A stretch of DNA of 63,667 nucleotides, filler included, from Octopus bimaculoides (Eukaryota), in NCBI RefSeq assembly GCF_001194135.2. It is 5 parts of 4 records of this genome, joined end to end, with 100 filler letters (N's around TTAATTAATTAA, not from the genome) between each part and the next. Parts side by side here need not be neighbours in the genome. Positions count along the whole stretch, not along the records: positions 1 to 15,157 come from NC_069004.1; 4 more parts are not named here. One strand, 5' to 3'. Each line of letters opens with the position of its first letter. Position 1 is the stretch's first letter. The notes beneath the pieces are model-generated. The model was given only the letters and a program-made list of their open reading frames with translations, was not told where the DNA came from and made no database searches. A program made the position numbers and the translations under genes. This document shows positions 1-12,468 of the stretch, piece after piece.

Positions 1-47
<47 letters not shown>
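1..47. repeat. (CA)n microsatellite
   Basis: Direct sequence. Confidence 0.95.
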
Positions 48-55
<8 letters not shown>

Positions 56-261
56 ATCCCACATGATTTTAACCGCGTTAGTTAATTGTCTTGTTTCGTG
101 AGTGCACATATTCGTGTATGAGAAAGGACGAAAGTAAAAAAGAGTGATGTTGTGTATTTGCTGTTTTTGTTATGCAGCTCACCGTGATTACGCTGTCTTT
201 TCAATGGCAGCTATAATCTATGGCTAGATTTATCAAATGCACATTTTCCTTCTTTATTAAG

Positions 262-335
262 AAGGCAGGATGAGATTTGATGAAAATTTTAGCTGCTATT
301 GTTAGCAATCGTGCGATCACGTAGACGCACCCTTG
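262..335 (-). mobile_element. Interspersed repeat family D fragment
   Basis: gatttgatgaaaattttagctgctattgttagca resembles the reverse complement of (g)ctagaaat(g/a)cagccaaat..ccctcaaatc, seen at about 4195, 27715 and 33340. Confidence 0.55.
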
Positions 336-978
336 TCAGCTTGTTATATGCGTGTGTGTGCTTAATTGTTGTTCATTTGAGATTGTATATGTATATGTGT
401 GTTTGTGTGCGCGTGCACTCCTTTGTGCATCTGTATTTTCTATGTGTACACTGACCTGCACTCCAACCACAGGAGAAAGACATACAAACAGACAGACAGA
501 CAGACAGAAGAAAATGGAGGAATAAGAGATAGCATAAAGCAAGATGTGAGAGAGTGAGAGAGAAATCATTAGAATACAAGTGTAATTTAAAGTGAATAAA
601 AAGTGATAGATGAAAAATGAATTAAAAAAAATAGATACAGACCATGCTCGTGTAAATTGAAAGTGAATAAATTTTGAAAAATAGATTTAAAAGGTGACAG
701 CCAACTCGAAATAGCTCTACCACAATGGCTTCTTCTCAAGCAGAGAATGCTGAAAATAGCCAACCGGAAGCAGCTATGTATTATGTCGTAGCAAAATGGC
801 GGCATGACAATATAATACTGTGGCTATTAAATGCGTTTAATATTTTATGTTGTTTTTATATTTTTTATTTTCATTTACGTTTTATTNNNNNNNNNNNNNN
901 NNNNNNNNNNTTTTGCTATTTTAAAATATATTTATCGATTTATATATTTATATATTTGCGAAACTCCATTTCAAATCA

Positions 979-1063
979 TCATGATGATGATCATCAGGAG
1001 GAGGAGGAGGAGGAGAATGACGACGACGATAACAACAACAACAACAGCAACAACAACAACAAC

Positions 1064-1107
<44 letters not shown>
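979..1107. repeat. Compound trinucleotide repeat GAT-GAG-GAC-AAC-AAT
   Basis: Direct sequence. Confidence 0.9.
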
Positions 1108-1109
<2 letters not shown>

Positions 1110-1318
1110 GTTTCGTATTTTGGCACAAGGCCAGCATTTTCGGGGACTGAATAAGTCGATTACCTCGACCCCAATTTTCAACTTCTACTTATTTTATCGA
1201 CTTCGAAAGGATGGAAGGCGAAGTCGACCTCAGTGGAATTTGAACTCAGAACGCAAAGACGAACGAAATACCGCTAAGCATTTCGCCCGGCGTGCTAGCA
1301 ATTCTGCTAGTTCACCGA

Positions 1319-1320
<2 letters not shown>
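1108..1320 (-). mobile_element. tRNA-headed SINE family A
   Basis: Reverse complement has a tRNA-like head (ctgagttcaaattcc B-box) and a gcctttcatcctttcggggtcgataaaataagta-type central domain; about 14 copies in the window. Confidence 0.85.
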
Positions 1321-1321
<1 letters not shown>

Positions 1322-1399
<78 letters not shown>

Positions 1400-1418
1400 A
1401 ATGATGATGATAATAATA
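1322..1418. repeat. (AAT)n/(GAT)n microsatellite
   Basis: Direct sequence. Confidence 0.9.
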
Positions 1419-1440
1419 AATACGTATAATAATCATAGAA

Positions 1441-1950
1441 ACCTACCTTACTCATGGACTTTTGACGTCTTGAAAATTTTCCCAGCAATATCAAACTTCC
1501 TGTCATACATGTCTGTATGGAATACAAATCTAACAACTGCCACATACTGATGAAACTATAAATTCCAGTAGCATAAGCATTGATTATAGTATTTTTCAAG
1601 GTGATTCGTTTTCTCCCTTTATATTTTGCATTGCTCTCACACCTCGAGTTCTGTAGCTTACAAAAATAAATATGGCTACAAATTAGACGGCAAAAACCAT
1701 AAATTATCTGCTTTTTATGGATGGTTTGAAGCTGCATGATGAAAATGATAGCGAGTTGGAAGGGTTGTTGAAGACAGTTGAGGTATTGAAGACAGTTGAG
1801 ATGTGGGGATGGAGTTTGGACTGAAAAAATGCACGGAAATAACATTTAATAAATGCAGAATGACAAGTATAAATTTAATGGAAATAGATGTGGGTAATCA
1901 AGGAACAGGAAGAAACCTGCTAGTATTTATGAGCCAATGAAAGTCAAGGT
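1441..1950 (+). mobile_element. Decayed R4/Dong-type LINE reverse transcriptase fragment
   Basis: Frameshifted translation gives LPYSWTFDVLKI..IFQGDSFSPFIFCIAL (1591-)..INYLLFMDGLKL (1714-; YMDD motif degenerate)..ELEGLLKTV..GMEFGLKKC. Confidence 0.8.
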
Positions 1951-2240
1951 ATTCGTCACGTGAGCATACCATCTGATCGTAACATCACCTGGAATGAGTT
2001 CTGAAAGCTCGGTAAAGATAAAAATCTGATAATTTTGTTGTGTCCAGGGAAAGTCCTTATGCCAATATAATTAACACACACATTGATTCAATTTCACTCA
2101 TTTATTAAATACCCGACTGTCTTGTTTTTGTTTGTCAATGCTCTTTCCTCGCTTCTGCAACCTTCTCAGTGACTATTCACTTAGTCCGTTATAGAGGACG
2201 CGTTTGTTTCTTTGTTTGAGATTTTGCTGCGTACGTATGT

Positions 2241-2378
2241 GTGATAATTGAAATTGAGAAAATGTACCATCATAAGACATGTACAATACCGGTGATAGTC
2301 AGTGCACTTGGAATGATAAAAAGGGGAACAGAAGAGTATTTGGACGAGATACCTGGGAAGCCATCCCTGCAAGACGTA
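2241..2378 (+). mobile_element. R4/Dong-type LINE, C-terminal RLE-domain fragment
   Basis: EIEKMYHHKTCTIPVIVSALGMIKRGTEEYLDEIPGKPSLQDV; homologous to 11491-11700. Confidence 0.75.
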
Positions 2379-2414
2379 AAGATAAAAGTTATACGTTTTT
2401 TAGGATGTCTGAAT

Positions 2415-2790
2415 AAAGACTGGCCATACTATTGAAACAAGGAGACTAAATATGATTGTAGAGAAGAAAAATGTAAGCTCATAGACTCTGCAATACCATA
2501 TGTTAATACACCGGACACCAGAGAAATTGAGGAAATTTGGAAATGTCAGGAGTAAGCCAAAGAGATGAAGAGATCGTAGAAAACAAAAGCACCAATTATT
2601 ACTGTAATAATTGGAGCAGAGAGCACAAAACCCGAACTGCTACTCGAAAGGCTGAAGGATATTAGGATTGAGACACGCGTTAGCGATCTACAGAAAAGTG
2701 CCATCCTGGATTCTGCAAGAATCCTATGAAAGAGTTTTGAAAATTGAAGAGACTTGTTACCAAACCTCAGGTCAACATTTGAAGTACAAT
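2415..2790 (+). mobile_element. Second, distinct R4/Dong-type LINE RLE domain and 3' end
   Basis: HTIETRR..KCKLIDSAIP..REIEEI..VIIGA..IRIETRVSDLQKSAILDSARIL, followed by an (AAC)n tail. Confidence 0.75.
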
Positions 2791-2938
2791 AACAACAACA
2801 ACAACATCAACAACATCGTCACCAATACGAACAAGACGAAGAAGGAGAGGAAGGAGGAGGAGGAGGAGGAGAAGAAGAAGAAGAAGAAGAAGAAGAAGAA
2901 GAAGAAGAAGAAGAAGAAGAAGAAGAAGAAGAAGAAGA
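2788..2938. repeat. AAC then GAG/(GAA)n compound repeat
   Basis: Direct sequence. Confidence 0.9.
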
Positions 2939-3320
2939 GTGTTTCCTTTTTTTAACCACTAAGGTCAGACAAAAGCACTGGGGACGATACAGGAAGAAAC
3001 AGACTGGGGTTACACAAACAAAGATAAACAGAAACAAAGATAAAAAGTTTTTAAAAAATCTTCAGACAAGAAATAATTGCCTCAAAGCTGAGAGAGCTAC
3101 GAGGGCTGCTCCTGGTAATCCCACAAAACTACGGTCACTCTCACTGCTAAGGCAAGTTCCATCTCTTAGTTGTTCTTCTCCAGTCTACAGGCAAATGGTC
3201 GAAGTAGGGCCTCCACCCTCCCTTAATTGGCCTCTTCACTTTCTCATCCACCTTTCAACAGTTTTGCTGGAAGGTCACGCTTCATAGAACTTCACTGTCC
3301 GCGCTCATTTTCCTTTCGAA

Positions 3321-3532
3321 GTGATGATGATGATGATGACGACGACGACCACGACGATGATGATGATGATGATAATGACGACGGCGATGATGAAGATGAT
3401 GATGACGATGATGACGATGATGATTATGACGACAACGACGACGACGATGATGAAGATGACGACGATGATAATGAAGATGATGACGACGATGACGACGACA
3501 ACGACGATGATGACGATGACGATGACGACGAC

Positions 3533-3564
<32 letters not shown>
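3321..3564. repeat. GAT/GAC degenerate trinucleotide repeat
   Basis: Direct sequence; source of the poly-Asp, poly-Met and poly-Ile ORFs. Confidence 0.9.
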
Positions 3565-3567
<3 letters not shown>

Positions 3568-4184
3568 GTCCGAGATCTACAAATCTATGCCTTACCGTTT
3601 GCATAGGAAATGGTATCATGTCAAATTCTCCCATTCATCCCTCACACCACCACCACCAATACCGCCACCGCCGCCACCACTGATCTATTTCTTCTCTGAA
3701 CATAATACTTACCATCATTGTCCNNNNNNNNNNACCACCAATACCGCCACCGCCGCCACCACTGATCTATTTCTTCTCTGAACATAATACTTACCATCAT
3801 TGTCCTGAATTTTCAAACATCTGCATCATTTTATTTTATCATGTCAGCCTAGCTGAATGTCACTCTCCTTCCTTTGAAGATAGCAATACTATCTTGAATC
3901 AGAATTTGAAAAAAAAAAAAAAATGGGGAAAAAAATGGGAAAAAAAAAATGGAAAAAAAAGGGGAGAAAATATCACAAAGTAGCCGAACATTCAATGATT
4001 GCGAAGAAGAGAATAACTAAGTTGTACTTAGATCAATATAGATCACGTGGAGATAAGCGACACGCTAATTGGATATTTTATCCGGGTTATATTACAGTCA
4101 AGCAAGCGTGCGACAGATGGCGATTTGAATTAAGTCTACATAAATGTCACGTATATCATTACTTACGTAGGAGGATCTATATGA

Positions 4185-4385
4185 TCACGAGACCTGCTAG
4201 AAATGACAGCCAAAAACCCCCTTAACTTATACTTTAAAGCCTCGAAAACGTGAGCTACTCGTTGAATAATATATTAATAGTTAGAGATTAAACTATAGCC
4301 GCCAGAAAGGAAAGGTAGTCACGACAAGAATGTCTTTGATCGTAGGTCTTCTTAGTGCTGTTCCAGCTGACCTGGGGTTATAAGC
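4185..4385 (+). mobile_element. Interspersed repeat family D
   Basis: acctgctagaaatgacagccaaa...gaatgtctttgatcgtaggtc...gctgacctggggtta; related pieces at about 12600, 26190, 27710, 33340, 36900 and 37410. Confidence 0.6.
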
Positions 4386-4449
4386 CAACGAGCAACTAAG
4401 GTTTCACATGTAGGCAGAACAAAAGCAAAATATCTTAAGTTTTTACAAC

Positions 4450-4502
<53 letters not shown>

Positions 4503-4631
4503 NNNNNNNNNNNNNNNNNNNNNNNNNNNNNNNNNNNNNNNNNNNNNNNNNNNCAGAGAGTATGCAGGAGGGAATAATGTCTTTTCCTGACACACATTCT
4601 GGTGGCAGTTTTTTCTCGAATACATTTCAGA

Positions 4632-4903
4632 TGTTTACAAAAAATTCTTCTCCGTCCAAGATTTTATCTCCTATTTTATACCCTTGTATCGGCTATATAG
4701 TATAACGAAGCAGGGGGGGGGGAGAAAGTATATACACGACGCACTACTATTACTATTACACGAGACTCACCGCTTTATATCAAAGGCTCACAGCGAACTG
4801 CTAATCAACACAATCTACCAATCGCTCACAGTTCTTTGTTTTATAACAATGAGTCAGTCCATCTTTTAGTCACTTGAAGGGTGGTCGGAATCCTTCCACA
4901 ATA
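4632..4903 (-). mobile_element. Putative 3' LTR of the gypsy element, preceded by a polypurine tract at 4904-4915
   Basis: Minus strand AAAAAGAGGAGA directly after the end of integrase, then tattgtgg (TG start possibly mutated); the distal boundary is a guess. Confidence 0.45.
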
Positions 4904-4959
4904 TCTCCTCTTTTTAGAATCAGTTTCCACTATCTTCTTTCCTTTTGAGAATTGAACTC

Positions 4960-7235
4960 AGCTCCGAGTTTTAATATCACTTACGTTTAGGGTTCAATTC
5001 CAGTGTTTCCGTTCTTTTCCGTTTTCTGGTGCTAGAACATGTACATTGAAATTGTTTGGGTGTTGGTACCTCAAACGTGTCGCACAATACTTCCATAGGG
5101 ATTTCATTTCTCGTGACAGTTTTTTTCTGTGAATCTTTTAAGCTGGTTAATATGTCTTTTGTATTTTTCCTTTTACCAGAAATATCATTCATCCAATTTG
5201 TTCATTAATTACACCGTCCTGCCAGCTTTCTTTACCATATCCATAGGTTCACAAAAGAAAAACTTTGTCACCTAACTTGAAGAATTTTGAAGTATTTTTG
5301 TTGTTCGCCTTTTTTTATATTTTCACTCGATATCAGCTTAACAAAAACGGATCTGACCTTTCGAGCAAACATCAATTCCGCGGGTGACAATTACCGACGG
5401 TACTTTTTCAGATTAGGTGTTACTCGGTACACTCTTAGAAATTGTTGAAGTGCAAAATCGTCCATCACTTCATTGTTCGCCTTTCTCAACGCCCTTTTGA
5501 AAGTGTCAACAAAACGCTCCGCTTGTCCACTTGACCTAGGATGATAAAGCGGAGTGGTGACATGTTCAATGACGAACATTTTACAAAGTTTCCTGAACTC
5601 GGCTGATGTAAATTGAGTTCCATTATCCAATGGTGTAAAAAAAAAAAACTTATTGTAACCGCAGATGTCTGCTTTTTACATTTATATACTTCCGGGTACA
5701 TTGAAAAACTATCCACCACCACAAGGTAATATGAACCCTTAAGTGGACCTGCGTAATCAATATGCACTCTGGCCCATGTAACATCTGTTTTTGACCACGG
5801 TTGCCCTTTAGTGGCAGTTGATTTTGCATGATTCTTCAATGTTTGTGTCACACAATACATCCATTGGGATTTCATTTCTCGTAATATGTCACAGTCCATT
5901 GTTTGCCAATATACGTAACTTCTCATTAATGATTACATTCTTGAAATCCCTGGGTGACCAATATGAAATTCCTCTTCTAGTTGCTTTTGTAATGTGGCTA
6001 CGACTACGACACTTTCTGATATATCAACACATTGTCACACATTCAGAAATGGTTCGCATTTGTGTTGTGCATATTTTTATCTCTTTTAGCCTTATAACGA
6101 ATTTATCGTTTCACGTTTTTAGTTTTATGTCTTGCAAAGTAACAGACAGTTCACGAATGACGTTGCACAAGACATTTTTAATTTCATTTTTCGCTCGCCA
6201 AATGGCAATCATGGTATTTTGAAATGGTTCCGCATTTTTCGAAATCAATCTTGATAGACAATCGGCATGACCTAGTTTTTTGGATGGCATATACTCCATC
6301 TTGATATCATAGTATAATAATATTGTACCCCATTGTTGCAATTTATTAACTGCATGGGTAGGAATTCCATTTTCGACCCAAATATCCATAATAATGGATG
6401 GTGATCAGTCTATAGCCGAAAAATTCTACCGTCTGTAACTGAAAACCTCTACACAGCAAAAATAATCGCGAGAGCTTCTTTTTCGATTTGACAATAATTT
6501 TTCTCTGCTGATATCAGAGAACGTGAGGCATGAACCACTGCCTTCATATTACCAACTTTCTATTTATGTAGCATTACTGCTCCTATACCGTATAGCCGTA
6601 CTCAGAAGCGTCTAAAGCTACAACAATCTCCGTTGCAGGATCGAAGTGTGCTAACGGCAAATCAGATATTTATATTTTTTGTTATTTCGTCAAATGCCCT
6701 TGGCAATTTTCCGACCAATTCCATTTCTTATTTCTTTTCAGCAGATTATTCAGTGGAACCCTTACCTAATGCATATTTGGAATATAATTTTGGTAATAAT
6801 TTACCAGTCTTAAAGATGCTTGTAAGGTCGCAATATTAGTTGGACAGGGCATATTTGTAATTGTGTCTGCCCTGGTTGGGTCTGGTAAACGTTCATTTCT
6901 GTCAATGATTTATCCTAAATATCTTATTTTCGGTAAGAAAAAGTCACTCTTTTCTTCACTCAAAGTAAAGCCTTAATCCCTAATTTCTTCGAATACATAT
7001 TTTACGTGCTCTACGTTTTCATCCCTGGATTCGCTTTTAGTGAGTATATCATCCAGATATGGAATTGCGAATTCACAGTCCGCTAACATTGCATCCATAA
7101 TCTGTTGAAAAATCGCTGGTGCAACTTTTAAGCCAAAGGGTAACCTATTGTATTTATACAGTTCTATATGCGTGTTAATTGTTAGGTATTTACAGCATTC
7201 ATCGTCTACTCTAAGCATTCATCGTCTAGAAGTCA
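4960..7235 (-). mobile_element. Decayed Ty3/gypsy pol (RT-RNaseH-integrase)
   Basis: RT LPFGLKVAPAIFQ..YLDDIL; RNase[16 protein letters not shown]; HADCLSRL; integrase RVHIDYAGP..DNGTQFTSAEF..YHPRSSGQAERFV; domain order RT-RH-INT; many stops and frameshifts. Confidence 0.92.
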
Positions 7236-7374
7236 TTTACACCTGGCACAAAAGTACTGGAAATAGAGGTGGAGTATATCAGTAAGGATGCTCCTCTCAT
7301 CCAGTACCATTATCAGATGGGTTGGTTACGTCAACCATCTTGATGATTTCACATTTCCGAAGCAATTACTTCAT

Positions 7375-7786
7375 CTTTATTTTTCACGTGTTTTACTCAT
7401 CAGACTGTGGCCATGCTGGGGCATCGCCTTGAAGGGTATAGACAAGCAAATCGACCGCAGTACTTTTTATATTTGAAATCTGGTACTTATTTTGTTGATA
7501 TCTTTTTGCCGCACCGCTAGATTAGTTGGAGACGAACTTGGTTTTGTAAATAATTGTTGTAGCATTACTGATTAAGAGGTCATAAAATTTTGTATATGCA
7601 AGAGTAATTTATCGCTGCTGGTTTGGCTGGATTTCCTAATATTACGTTTTACATGTCTGATGTTCAAACAGACATCGGTTGTCAAGCGGTGGTAGACAAA
7701 CACGGTAGACATTTTCTCAGGATTGAACCCAGAACCATATGGTTGGGAAGTAAACTTCTTAGCACACAAGCACACCTGTGCCTATA
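7375..7786 (-). mobile_element. SINE family B (degraded)
   Basis: Tail gactgtggccatgctggggca and head gaacccagaaccatatggttgggaag match family B. Confidence 0.65.
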
Positions 7787-8239
7787 GAGAATTTGTTTTC
7801 ACCAAGTATCTCCAGAACAAAGCAAAAAGGAAATTTACTGACCTTACAAAAGCCAATATTAAGTCCTTGAACATCAGCATTGTTCATTGAGAATATTTCA
7901 CAATGAGTTGAAGCGAATGGTGGTCTATTGTGAAGAACAATGATTTGTAGCTTGAGAAGATTCGAATTTCCAATAAATAGTAAAACATATTGTCAGAAAT
8001 CTGCAAGAGATTGAAACTTTCAAAACTGATCTTGTCTCCCATAATGGTTTACATATCAGGAAACCAACAAGAGATGCTTTATACGCATACAGCATCAACA
8101 GCCTCCGCGGGGAAATGCTGTTCTCTACGACCAATGTTGTGCTAAACTGAAAATCCGTTTTCGATCAATGTACAAGGGCCCAGTAGCCGAGTTACTGCAT
8201 AAGTGACAATAAATAAATAAATAAAAATTGACAAAAAAT

Positions 8240-8402
8240 GCTGGCGTGAGTATGAGGTAAGAAGCTTGCTTCCCAACCACGTAGTCCCGGGTTCAGTCCC
8301 ACTGCATGGCACCTTGGGAATGTGTCTTCTACTAGAGCTTCAGGTCAACCAAAGCCCTCTTGAGTGGATTGGGTAGGCGGAAATTAAAAGAAGCCCGTCG
8401 TA

Positions 8403-8464
<62 letters not shown>

Positions 8465-8703
8465 TGTGTGTGTCTTCATGTCTGTGTTTGTCCCCACCAC
8501 CATCACCACTTGAGGATCGGTGTTGGTGTGTATATGTTCCCGTAACTTAGCGGTTCGGCCTAAGATATCGGCTGAATAATTATCAGGCTTAGCAAAAAGT
8601 AAGTATTGGGTCGATTCATTCGACTAAAAATTCTTCAAGACGGTGCCCTAGGATGGCCGCAGTCTAATGATTGAAGCAAGTAAAAGATAAAAGATAAAAG
8701 AAA
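8240..8703 (+). mobile_element. tRNA-headed SINE family B (CORE-like) with internal TA/CA microsatellite
   Basis: gggttcagtccc B-box, CORE-like gcaccttggg..gtgtctt, tail ending gtaaaagataaaag. Confidence 0.85.
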
Positions 8704-8869
8704 ATAAGGGCTTGGCGGAGATTTTAGGGTTCGTAGTTGAAACGCTATCAAACATGTTATAGGCATATATACGCAATGAGAAACTGTTTATGATCACAGT
8801 CGAGTAAACTACCATCTATATACCATTTGTATGTGTGTGTATGTGCGTGTGTATTTATGCATTATATAC

Positions 8870-8905
<36 letters not shown>

Positions 8906-8931
8906 NNNNNNNNNNNNNNNNNNNNNNNNNN

Positions 8932-8994
<63 letters not shown>

Positions 8995-9141
8995 TGCATT
9001 TATATACACACATACATATTCCTGTTTTTTTTTAATTAAAAGCAATTTAACATATTCAGTTGAAGATTTACTCGATGCCTTTTTGTAGAATACATATGTT
9101 TATAAGATTTTTACGACACAATGGGTGACAGTGACTTCGAA

Positions 9142-9191
9142 GTGACAGTCTGACGAAGTCTAAAAGACTGAAACTTCTAAGCCACTGTAAC
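9142..9191 (+). ncRNA. Type I hammerhead ribozyme-like motif
   Basis: Stem I GTGACAGT/ACTGTAAC, core CTGACGA, stem II AGTC-TAAAA-GACT, GAAA, stem III CTT/AAG, cleavage triplet GCC (U16.1 to C). Confidence 0.7.
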
Positions 9192-9690
9192 TCTTACTCT
9201 TTTGAAAGCTTAACCTACCTACCTATATTCCTATCTACCTACCTACCTGCCTGCCTACCTACCTAGAAATATATATATATATATATATATAATATATATG
9301 CACACACAAGCTCACACACACACAAGCTCATACATAACAATGAATCATAGGTATTTGCTCACAAAACTGACGAAATGCATTTGTAATGGTACAAACAGTG
9401 CTGCAAGTGCTGTAGACCGTTTAATTATAGCTCAGATGAAACCATATCGTCCATGAGAAGACAACACATACAAGAATACAGAATGGTGTATAATCAGTTG
9501 GAAAGAAAATCTTTTTGAAATAATTATTTTCTGTAAAAGACAAAGAATGGACAAGATTACCGACGTGACGTATATAAGCTTATAAAACATTATAGACTGA
9601 ATAGTATATAACATAATACATACATACATACATACATATATATATATAGTGTGTGTATGTATGTATGTATATATGCACGTATATATATAC

Positions 9691-9728
<38 letters not shown>

Positions 9729-10586
9729 NNNNNNNNNNNNNNNNNNNNNNNNNNNNNNNNNNNNNNNNNNNNNNNNNNNNNNNNNNNNNNNNNNNNNNNN
9801 NNNNNNNNNNNNNNNNNNNNNNNNNNNNNNNNNNNNNNNNNNNNNNNNNNNNNNNNNNNNNNNNNNNNNNNNNNNNNNNNNNNNNNNNNNNNNNNNNNNN
9901 NNNNNNNNNNNNNNNNNNNNNNNNNNNNNNNNNNNNNNNNNNNNNNNNNNNNNNNNNNNNNNNNNNNNNNNNNNNNNNNNNNNNNNNNNNNNNNNNNNNN
10001 NNNNNNNNNNNNNNNNNNNNNNNNNNNNNNNNNNNNNNNNNNNNNNNNNNNNNNNNNNNNNNNNNNNNNNNNNNNNNNNNNNNNNNNNNNNNNNNNNNNN
10101 NNNNNNNNNNNNNNNNNNNNNNNNNNNNNNNNNNNNNNNNNNNNNNNNNNNNNNNNNNNNNNNNNNNNNNNNNNNNNNNNNNNNNNNNNNNNNNATATAT
10201 ATATATATATATATATATATAAGCTTACAAATATGCATGTATATACAGATACATATATTTGTGCGCACAAACACAGTGGTGTATACATACAGGCACAATA
10301 TATATATTGACAAAATGTGTGTCAAGAGTTTAGCTTTTACAGCTTCCATTTATTTATTTATGAAATTTATTTTTAATGATTTTATAATTAACTTTGCGAT
10401 TCGACGCTAACTATAAATACTACAACGAAGAAGAAAAATGGAAATAGTAATAATTATAATACTTGTGAATGAAGTACAGCAACAATAAAACAACATTAAG
10501 AACAATTAACAACGAATGTCTCGTTCCTTCTAGATTGTCAACAAACATGCAAAAAATAGCTGCTGATGTTCCCGTAAAATGCCTCA

Positions 10587-11072
<486 letters not shown>

Positions 11073-11073
<1 letters not shown>

Positions 11074-11166
11074 TGTGTCTGAGGTCTTTGTCATGACTTG
11101 ACAGACAGTACAAACTCTCGGTAGACACAACATCATGATATTGGATACTGGGCAACGTCCTCAATC

Positions 11167-11168
<2 letters not shown>
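11073..11168 (+). mobile_element. Short 3'-end fragment of an AAT-tailed retroposon
   Basis: Unique ~95 nt between two pure AAT arrays; identity inferred from context only. Confidence 0.4.
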
Positions 11169-11221
<53 letters not shown>

Positions 11222-11235
11222 TAATAATAATAATA

Positions 11236-11342
11236 TGAAAAGCAAAGTCGACCCAACAGAATTTGAACTCAGAAAGTAAAGACAGACGAAATGCCGCTAA
11301 GCATTTTCTCCAACGTACTCACGATTTTGCCAGTTCGTCGCC

Positions 11343-11343
<1 letters not shown>
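11236..11343 (-). mobile_element. SINE family A, 5' part
   Basis: Matches 1210-1320. Confidence 0.8.
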
Positions 11344-11408
<65 letters not shown>

Positions 11409-11409
11409 G

Positions 11410-11440
<31 letters not shown>

Positions 11441-11460
11441 AATAATAATAATACTAATAC

Positions 11461-11490
<30 letters not shown>

Positions 11491-11494
<4 letters not shown>

Positions 11495-11865
11495 GACTTG
11501 CGAATAGAAATTGAAAAAAATGTGGCATCTCAAGGCAACAACCGTACCAGTGATTAAAGGTTCTCTAGGAATGATAAAAAAAAAAAAGGCATTGAAACCT
11601 ATTTGAAAATTATACCAGGCTTACCATCCCTACAGGAAGTGCAAAAAATCGTGTTAACTGGAACGACTCATGTACTGAGAAGAGCATTATCGCTGTGAAA
11701 ACAACATCCATTCATGAATTTATTTATTAATTTTTGTTAAATACATATTTTACCTGTGAATTTGCGTGTGTAAACTGGGAACGCATACAATGAGCTTCTC
11801 TGCCCTAGGTGTACGGAAAACACTCGGCGAGAAATGGAAGAAAATTTGAAGAAGGAAGAAAAAAA
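11491..11865 (+). mobile_element. R4/Dong-type LINE 3' end and 3' UTR, 5'-truncated, in an AAT array
   Basis: KDLRIEIEKMWHLKATTVPVIKGSLGMIKK..YLKIIPGLPSLQEVQKIVLTGTTHVLRRALSL* with small frameshifts; AAT arrays flank it. Confidence 0.85.
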
Positions 11866-11866
11866 C

Positions 11867-11918
<52 letters not shown>

Positions 11919-11924
11919 TAATAA

Positions 11925-12215
11925 TATGTGGTATCCCAAGGCAAAATCTATTCCTGAAGTGCCCAAGGTATGGTAAAAAAATGGATGTCAGAAACATCTA
12001 GACAATATCCCAGGAATACTGTGCCAAAATATTGTGCTGACAAATACTGCCCACATCTTTAGAAAAGCCTAATCAATTTGAATGTTTGTATCGTATTAAA
12101 TGGAAGTATTTACTGGAAAGACTATTGAAAGCTAGTGGATACCGAAGGTTATAGGTAGTAACCCGCAACCTACATAAATCGTGCCAGGAATGAGACCCAG
12201 TCGAGTCAAATCAAC
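11925..12215 (+). mobile_element. Another R4/Dong-type LINE 3' end with a different UTR
   Basis: MWYPKAKSIP..KHLDNIPG..IVLTNTAHIFRKA, homologous to 11500-11690; the UTR differs. Confidence 0.7.
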
Positions 12216-12254
12216 AATAATGATAATAATGATGATGATGATGACGATAATAAT

Positions 12255-12468
12255 CCTTTCTACCACAGACATAAGGCCTGAAATTTGAGAGGAGGGGACC
12301 AGTCGATTACAGTGATCCCCAATACTCAACTGGTGCTTATGTTATCAACTCCAAAAAGATGAAAGGCAGAGTGGGCCTCGGCGGAATTTGAACTCAGAAC
12401 GTAAAGATGGACGATATGCCACTAAGCATTTTACCTGGCGTGCTAACGATTCTGCCAGCACACCGCCT
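12255..12468 (-). mobile_element. SINE family A
   Basis: Matches family A. Confidence 0.85.

Noticed and set aside
725-1150. 141-aa ORF MASSQAENAENSQ..
   Set aside because: Runs through a gap into microsatellite and SINE sequence; no splice or homology support.
3227-3781. Poly-Asp acidic protein ORF
   Set aside because: GAT/GAC microsatellite that is open in several frames and crosses a gap; the flanking residues have no recognisable domain.
7860-8165. Coding-looking block after the SINE
   Set aside because: Stops in all frames and no motif I recognise.
9432-10410. Long ORFs of 200-370 aa here and at about 16, 23, 25, 36, 44 and 60 kb
   Set aside because: Made of N runs and dinucleotide repeats; no coding signal.
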